Shown here: piece after piece, positions 55,165-64,000 of the stretch | Layout: every line of letters begins with the position of its first letter | Numbering within the stretch: position 1 is the first letter of the stretch | From: Octopus vulgaris | Taxonomy: Eukaryota | Direction of reading: 5' to 3' | NCBI GenBank assembly: GCA_951406725.2 | Contig: OX597816.1 | Span: 163,990,001 to 164,054,000, forward strand | DNA: 64,000 bases | Notes under the pieces: generated by a model | Seen by the model: the letters and a program-made list of their open reading frames with translations, nothing else | Told to the model about the DNA's origin: nothing | Database searches by the model: none | Program-made: the position numbers and the translations under genes

Positions 55165-55606
55165 AGCATATACATATATATATCTATATATATATTATGT
55201 AAATATCTATATGCATACATACATGCACACACGTATACCTCTGTAACAACCCGCCTCATGCGTGCTTCCTTCCCATCTGCTACTCTTCATCTCCCACCTA
55301 AACAACCAGCTCCAAAATGAAAATATAAAATTTGTTATTATTGCAACTGCTGATGAATTGCTACATGTGTGCTGCTAATCAGTTGCACATGCTTCCAAAA
55401 TTCCAAACTATCTCTAAAATGTAGACTATGGGAAATAGTTCTGACTTAATTCTGACAGTCGCACATCAGTTTCCCATTGTTTTCGCTCACCATCTTGATG
55501 CAGATCTGCAGAAACTTGCTAGTTCTTCATTTAGATAATATTTGAATCTTGCGCATACCACGTCTTTTACGGTCGGTGCTTCTCCGTACTTGAATTTCAT
55601 CGAGTT

Positions 55607-55670
<64 letters not shown>

Positions 55671-55671
<1 letters not shown>

Positions 55672-55864
55672 GGAGAATTCACAAAAAAAAAAAACGAAAG
55701 ACGCAGACAGGTGGTTTAGACAACAAATAGATGCATTAGTATAACGCGCGGGAAGTGAAAAAGTCTTTAACGTTTCGAGCCTACGATCTTCGTAGAAAGG
55801 AACACAGAAAGAAACAAGGAGATAAAATAAAGAATGTGTAGTGGCTAGCGATCTATCATGGCGA
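55671..55864 (-). mobile_element. Repeat family E copy 4
   Basis: Same sequence as 20218 and 43828; (TA)n on both sides. Confidence 0.8.
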
Positions 55865-55870
55865 ATTTAG

Positions 55871-56107
<237 letters not shown>

Positions 56108-56209
56108 GATAAATATGAATTTGCATCCCCGTTTTTTTTGTGCTAGGTCGCTTGGTGTTAAAATAAGGGTATTATTGAATTAATATCTATAATTTTATTC
56201 ACCCTCATT

Positions 56210-56247
<38 letters not shown>

Positions 56248-56291
56248 AGAGCAAAGTGTACGTACGCCGATATATATATATATATATATAT

Positions 56292-56580
56292 ATAATACAA
56301 AATGGGACAAGAACGCAAAACATCAGACAACTAGGTGATACAAAAGGGACAACAAAACATCCAGATAGACGATACAAAAAAACAAGGACGGGTCTCTCGA
56401 AGTTTTCTATCTTCAGTCATGAACCGGATTATCCTCGCAATTTCGGCTGATTATTCTTGAGATTGCTTCAATCTGGCCAGCCCCAAGGAAAAACTAAGCT
56501 AAAGGCATTAGATTCCTTGGAAGAAAGCATCGAATGTATACAAAAACAAAGACGGAAAAAACGGATAATGTTACACAATA
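56292..56580 (-). repeat. Short interspersed repeat D, longer copy
   Basis: Homologous to 2405-2535. Confidence 0.7.
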
Positions 56581-56706
56581 CATACGTACGCACAAACCAT
56601 CTGGTTTCCTATTCTCTATCCCATGGTCGCACTGAATCATCATCATCATCATCATCATCATTATTATTATTATTATTATTATCATCATCATCATCATCAT
56701 CATCAT

Positions 56707-56738
<32 letters not shown>

Positions 56739-56952
56739 TATAATTCATTTGTCCGTAATTGAATGTGTCAAACGTACAATATTTTTCTTTCCTATCAAAA
56801 CTTGTTAAGAGTTGATAAAAGTTGAAAGAATTTTACTTTTGAATAAATAAACCCTGATGTACGAAGAAGACAGCCAAAGAAAAAGGACAATAAAAGCCAG
56901 TAGAGGAAAGAAATGGGAGGGCTTCAAATATTCGTAGAGTATGGGGTAGGCC

Positions 56953-57022
56953 ATTTTGAGGTGGAACCCGGATTAAATTATATCTAAGAGATATAAATTT
57001 ATCCGGGTTCCCACCCCAAAAT
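56953..57022. other. 70-nt near-perfect hairpin
   Basis: ATTTTGAGGTGGAACCCGGATTAAATTATATCT-AAG-AGATATAAATTTATCCGGGTTCCCACCCCAAAAT. Confidence 0.8.
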
Positions 57023-57415
57023 ATAAACAATAATTCCGTTTGTAAGTGATTTTAAGGCGCTTGCTCCTGTTCTGTGATTGGTTGGTATGTCGTTTAAATT
57101 GTTATTTATTGCTAATATCTACATATGGTACCGATATGAGATGCCCCTTGAAATGCGCTAATAGATAAGTTGCATTGGCGCTTTCCCAATGTAAATGAAT
57201 AATGCTAGTGTTTTATTGGTTTGGCATATATGTGTGTGTATGTGTGTGAGTATGTGTGTATATGTATACATATGTATATATGTGTATATGTATGTATGCA
57301 TGTATGTATGTATGTATGTATGTATGTATGTATGTATATGTAAGTATGTGTATATATGTATGTATGTAAGCATATGTATATATATATATAGATATATATA
57401 TATATTTATTTGTAA

Positions 57416-57448
<33 letters not shown>

Positions 57449-58041
57449 ATGTAAATAGATATATGTATGTATATGTATATATTATATATATATATGTGTG
57501 TGTGTGTGTGTCTATGTATGTATAAGTATGTGTGTATATATAGATATATGTATGTATGTATATATATATATATATATGTTTGTATGCATATATGTATATA
57601 TATATATGTATATGTAAATAGATATATCTATATTTATCTATATATGTATATAGATATATGAATGTATGTACATATGTGTGTGTGTGTATGTATGTATGTA
57701 TGTATGTATATAGATACATGTATGTTGTACACATGTATGTTTAATAAAAATATGGAACGTAGATAAGGTAATGTTGGTTTGAGTTTAATGGAAGAGCATA
57801 AACATCAATCCATATGAACCCGCACCCGTTCATACAGACACACAGTTCATGTATTTTTCTATATTTATGTATTTATGTTCATTTTTATCAATTTTCTTTT
57901 CTTTTTTTATATTACATTTTTATTTAATTATTAATTACTGACCTACTTTAGAATTTGAAATATAGAGCAACTATTGTTTTCGCCAAATATTTGAGGGCAT
58001 TAATTAAGAATATCAGATTTCGGAAAATATATGTCTTTTGT

Positions 58042-58290
58042 GGAGGCACGTGGCTTAGTGGTTAGGGTGTCAGCATCATGATCGTAAGATTGTGGTTTCG
58101 ATTCCTGGACTGGGCGACGCGTTGTGTTCTTGAGCAAAACACTTCATTTCACGTTGCTCCAGTTCACTCAGCTCGCAAAAATGAGTAACGCTGCGATGGA
58201 CTGCCATCCTGTCCAGCTGGGGAACACATACGCCATTGAAACCGGCAAACCAGGTCCATGAGCCTGGCTAGGCTTTAAAAGGGTGCATTT
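58042..58290 (+). mobile_element. tRNA-derived SINE family F
   Basis: A-box TGGCTTAGTGG, B-box GGTTTCGATTCC, TTGAGCAAAACACTT block, CTGCGATGGACTG.CATCCTGTCCAG block and a (TTA/TTTA)n tail. Confidence 0.8.
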
Positions 58291-58379
58291 ATTATTTATT
58301 TTTTTATTTAATAATGCCTTGTAGAGAAAACTACAGTTCAAGCAATGTAAAATAAAAACAAAAATTGTTCAGGAACTTA

Positions 58380-59990
58380 GTCAATTGCACTTAGCAAAAA
58401 ACAATATATATATATATTTGAAGTTGAGCAAAATATTCACCACTAATTCGTATTAATCCCATCAAAAATACATATAAGAGATCAAACTGAACACTTAAAT
58501 GTGATCAGAAGGCTATGTCAGAGCTAGATATAGGCGACGGAACAGAACCTGTATCATTTCTGTATCAAACTTTACACTTAAGGAGCACAAACCAAACTTC
58601 GAACATAAACTCACTATACATCTGATAGATCTCACTAAAACTGATAAGCGTGCCAGCAGTAAGCATATATTAGACGATTCATAGCCTAAAATTAAAGAAA
58701 CAACAATACCCATATGGAATAACACAATAACCTTTATTGCATGGTTTAGGTCTATTCCCAACAAACCTAACCAAATTTCTACAATTCGACATGGCGGACT
58801 ATTACCCATTGATCTCTAAATTATTAGTCAGAAATAGTTTTGCTGTATCAATTTCAAATATTAATGTCGATGAAATAGCAATTATATTACACGTAAAATA
58901 TACTATACTCAGTTATGACCAATACGTTGAGATTAAAACTTTTTTTCTGATTCTGCCTTTGATGTCAGTATGGGTGAATGATTTTGCTGAAATGAGTGAT
59001 CTCATAGGAATATTAATCGAACTTATCAAACAAGTTGCCTTATTGTAATGGAGGCCTCTATAGAGATGATGGTCTCCTTCTGTATAATATTGCCAACCTC
59101 AAAAAAACGGAGAGACTCATAAAAGATTTGTATCTTTTTTTTAAAAATGATTAATTACAAATAATTACAAACGCTTAGCGTACCACTACTAACTCCGTGA
59201 ATAACACTTTAAATTTGAATAACGATTCATGCTATCCTTACCGAAAGTCAGATGAAACTTTAAAATAAAAGAAACTATTTAGTCATACAGTTTACGTTAA
59301 TTAAAACATCCCATTTTGACTGTTAGTAACTGTATGCCAACAAGAAATTCTTTCACAAACATATAAAAAGCTACGATGACGACCTTTAAAAAAGCGAAGA
59401 CACCAATAAAATGCAACCTACAAAAACAGAAAAACGAAATACCTGTTATCAACTCCCTTTTAATTTATCTGCCGCCATTCCAGTAACGGACAGCATTCAT
59501 TTACTTACTCAGGAAGATTTAAAAACACGATTACAATATCTTAGTTTATCGTTTCCTCTTTGGGCAGGCTTTTAACTCATTTAGCCTACCTAAATTATTA
59601 CATCGCAACTAACAAAAGAAAAAAGCAACAACTAATTCCTACCACAGAAAACCTAGTATTTGCCTGTAAAGCCAACTGTTTAGTTAAAGATGTAGCATAC
59701 AAATGCACCATACATAGAAATAATTCTTCTATCAGATACATTGAACCCGTTCATTACCCATTCAAAACAATTCATGCTTCCATATTAAAACCAAACACAG
59801 AAGTATAAACATTTTGTTCTCCAGTTGTATTTACAGTTTGGAGAAATAAAGAAATTATAATTTAAATTGGCCGACTTTTCAACGCAAAATTATAAACCGG
59901 AGAAAAACATGCAACATATGCACGATAGAGAGATTTGAAATATTTCTGCGTTTAAATATTACTCAACCAACACTCAAAAAGAAACTTCAA
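58380..59990 (+). pseudogene. Decayed Penelope-like retroelement (RT + GIY-YIG)
   Basis: TLKEHKPNF..KFLQFDMADYYPLIS..FDVSMG..AEMSDLIG..GGLYRDDGL (YRDD at 59059-59070), then NCLVKDVAYKCTI..RYI..TCNICTIERFEI. Many frameshifts and stops. Confidence 0.88.
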
Positions 59991-59995
59991 TTGCC

Positions 59996-60170
59996 AACCT
60001 AACAGGCATTCCATCGGTTACGACGACGAGAATTCCAGTTGATACGATCAACTGAACAGACTGTTTGTTTAAATTAGCGTGCTAGTGTTCTCAAGGAGCT
60101 TCAGTGTGACACAGAATGTGACAAGGCTGGCCCTTTGAAATACAGGTGATTTTTGCCAGCCGAGTGGTTA
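59996..60170 (-). mobile_element. SINE family C 3' fragment
   Basis: Reverse complement of about 12605-12785 (TTTCAAAGGGCCAGCCTTGTCACATTCTGTG, GTTGATCGTATCA, TCGTCG.AACCGA). Confidence 0.75.
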
Positions 60171-61094
60171 AAGATACAAAAGATTTAAAATACTTTCTCA
60201 CATAGACGTAGCCGCATTGATAAACTAGTACTTTCTGGTGAATTACTCTAGTCTTACCTTAATCACTTCTTATTTCCATACATCAGATTTTAGCATTTAC
60301 AGCAGAACCCGTCGTCATCATCATTTATTGTCCATTTTTATTGCTGCCATGAGTTGGACACCCCACTTAATCTACAAACTGCGTAACGATGAATTACCGA
60401 CAAAAATTAGGTTAAAAATCTGGGAGTTTCTTATACATGGATAGTAATATAATCCCTTACAAAACCTTTTTTTTCCAAATTTTAAGCCCAAAATTTTAGG
60501 GGTTCCTTATACACGTTAAAACATGGCACATACCAAATGATACCTCGTTTTCTTTCAAACTACTTTAATATGTTCAAGTGATCCCATTATTTTCCCAGTC
60601 ATTCCAAATGAAAGCTTATCTGTTGAACGTTGGTGACTCGTGTAAATATTCACGGCTCACCCTTAAAATATAGATTCTATATATTTTGTCCGTAATATGC
60701 TGTAATCTATCGTTTATATCTTGTCTTCTGCAATTTATTAATGCTATTTTTTTATTCTCTCTACACATTTTTTATCAACTATAAATTTTGTGAACATATC
60801 TGTTCTTATTGCTCTCTCAGTGAATATGTGCCACCATCTTTGTATGACTGCATGTATGCACTAAATCATACGCTAAAAAAAATTATTCAGTTTTCTTCGG
60901 GAAAAATTCCGATTCAAAAACTTATCTATTAACATGCTTAAAGCACCACCTCACAGCGTTTCCATGGAGATATTAGTAATGAAATATAGTTTAGCTGACA
61001 TGCCCTACGGATAACAAAATAGGACACTTCGTAATATAATTAACAAACAAAACTATAGTTTCTTTCCTAAATATATAGATAAATTTGCTTATCA

Positions 61095-61471
61095 TTTACT
61101 TGTTTCAGTCATTAGACTGCGACCATGCTGGGGCACTGCCTTGGGGGAATTTTAGTCGAACAAATTGATCCCAGTACTTTCATTTTGTTAAGTCTGGTGC
61201 TTATTCTGTTAGTGTCTTTTGCCAAACGTCTAGGTTATGGAGATTTACACACACCAACTTTCTTCCCCCTACCACCACCACGAAAGAAGAAAAGAAACAT
61301 AGGCGCAGGAGTAGCTTTATGGTAAGTAGCTTCCTAAACAGCCACAAGGTTTCAGGTTCAGTCCCACTGCGTGGCACCTTGGGCAAGTGTCTTCTACTAT
61401 AGCCTCGGGCCGATTAAAGTCTTGTGAGTAGATTTGGTAGACAGAAACTGAAATTAGCCTGTCGTATATAT

Positions 61472-61540
<69 letters not shown>

Positions 61541-61738
61541 CGTGTCTCCAACATCGCTTGATAACTGCTGCTACTGGTGTGTTTACATCCCCGTAACAAA
61601 GCGGTTCGGTAAATGACACCGATAGAATAACTACTAGTCTTACAAAGAATAAGTCCCGAGGTCGCTTTGCTCGACTAAAGGCGGTGCTCCAGCATGGCTG
61701 CAGTAAAAATGACTGAAAAAAGTAAAAGAATTAAAGAA
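61095..61738. mobile_element. SINE family A minus-strand tail (61095-61260) and full plus-strand copy (61302-61738)
   Basis: Family A blocks seen directly, in opposite orientations. Confidence 0.88.
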
Positions 61739-62334
61739 TATATGCATTGACACAGGCTTCGAAGTTTTGGCTTGCTCGAATTCTTCAGAATCGCAAACAA
61801 GGCAAAATTTCGAAGACAATTTACGACTTTTCATTATAAAAGTTTAATACACCTATACTATATTAAAAAGTATTGACTAATCCTTCAGATTAATCTTAAA
61901 TCGTTTTTAAATATAACTCGGCATGAAAACAAACATTAATATTCATTAAAATAATTTGTTCACAAAAATGGCGGATAGCTGTATTCGACGAGGTCTTTCG
62001 AAATCTACCGTTTTGTTTCTCTTGTAATTTTCATTTCTTTTCTTTCCTCTGGAAGCTCATGCTGCACTTATAAATAAGGAGAATTTCTTAATTTCAATCA
62101 ACGCATGACAAACGCCGGTAGCAGAAAAAGATATTATACTTGAAATTCGGAGTGTGAAGTTCTGGAAAAGTCGATTATGAATTGAGAAACATTATTGTTT
62201 GAAACTACATGGGGAGAAAAAACAAACCAATATGAAAATAGAGAAATTTAAAATAAAATCGATAAAACTTGAACACTGTCATATATTTAATGATACACGC
62301 ACACACCAATGCTTGTATCTATATCGGTGTATAA

Positions 62335-64000
<1,666 letters not shown>

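Noticed and set aside
56430-56490. GGCUG...CAGCC-GAAA stem in repeat D, and UGCAGAUCUGCA-GAAAC at about 55498, as hammerheads
   Set aside because: The CUGANGA box is absent; vestigial at best.

Overview
This is eukaryotic, very AT-rich, non-coding DNA packed with microsatellites. The repeat content points to an intron or intergenic region of a coleoid cephalopod, probably Octopus; that assignment is an inference. I could not recognise any host protein-coding exon. Almost every ORF in the track is a translation of (TA)n, (CA)n, (TACA)n or (AAT)n, or of SINE sequence. The window is a nested graveyard of mobile elements. It holds more than 20 copies or fragments of four tRNA-type SINE families, and LINE fragments of the CR1/L2, RTE, jockey/I and R4/Dong-like (restriction-like endonuclease) types. 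It also holds two decayed Penelope-like elements (RT YRDD, GIY-YIG), non-autonomous Helitrons and Tc1/mariner remnants. The most interesting signals are: (1) a 4-copy, ~150-230-bp non-coding repeat carrying a minimal hammerhead-ribozyme-like fold with a shared non-canonical core, plus several unrelated hammerhead-like motifs; (2) TA-embedded foldback palindromes, including a perfect 48-bp inverted repeat; (3) a SINE/LINE shared 3' hairpin with compensatory changes; (4) modular SINE head/tail swapping; and (5) clean nested insertions with readable target-site duplications. Element boundaries were read by eye and are approximate unless a TSD or terminus is quoted.
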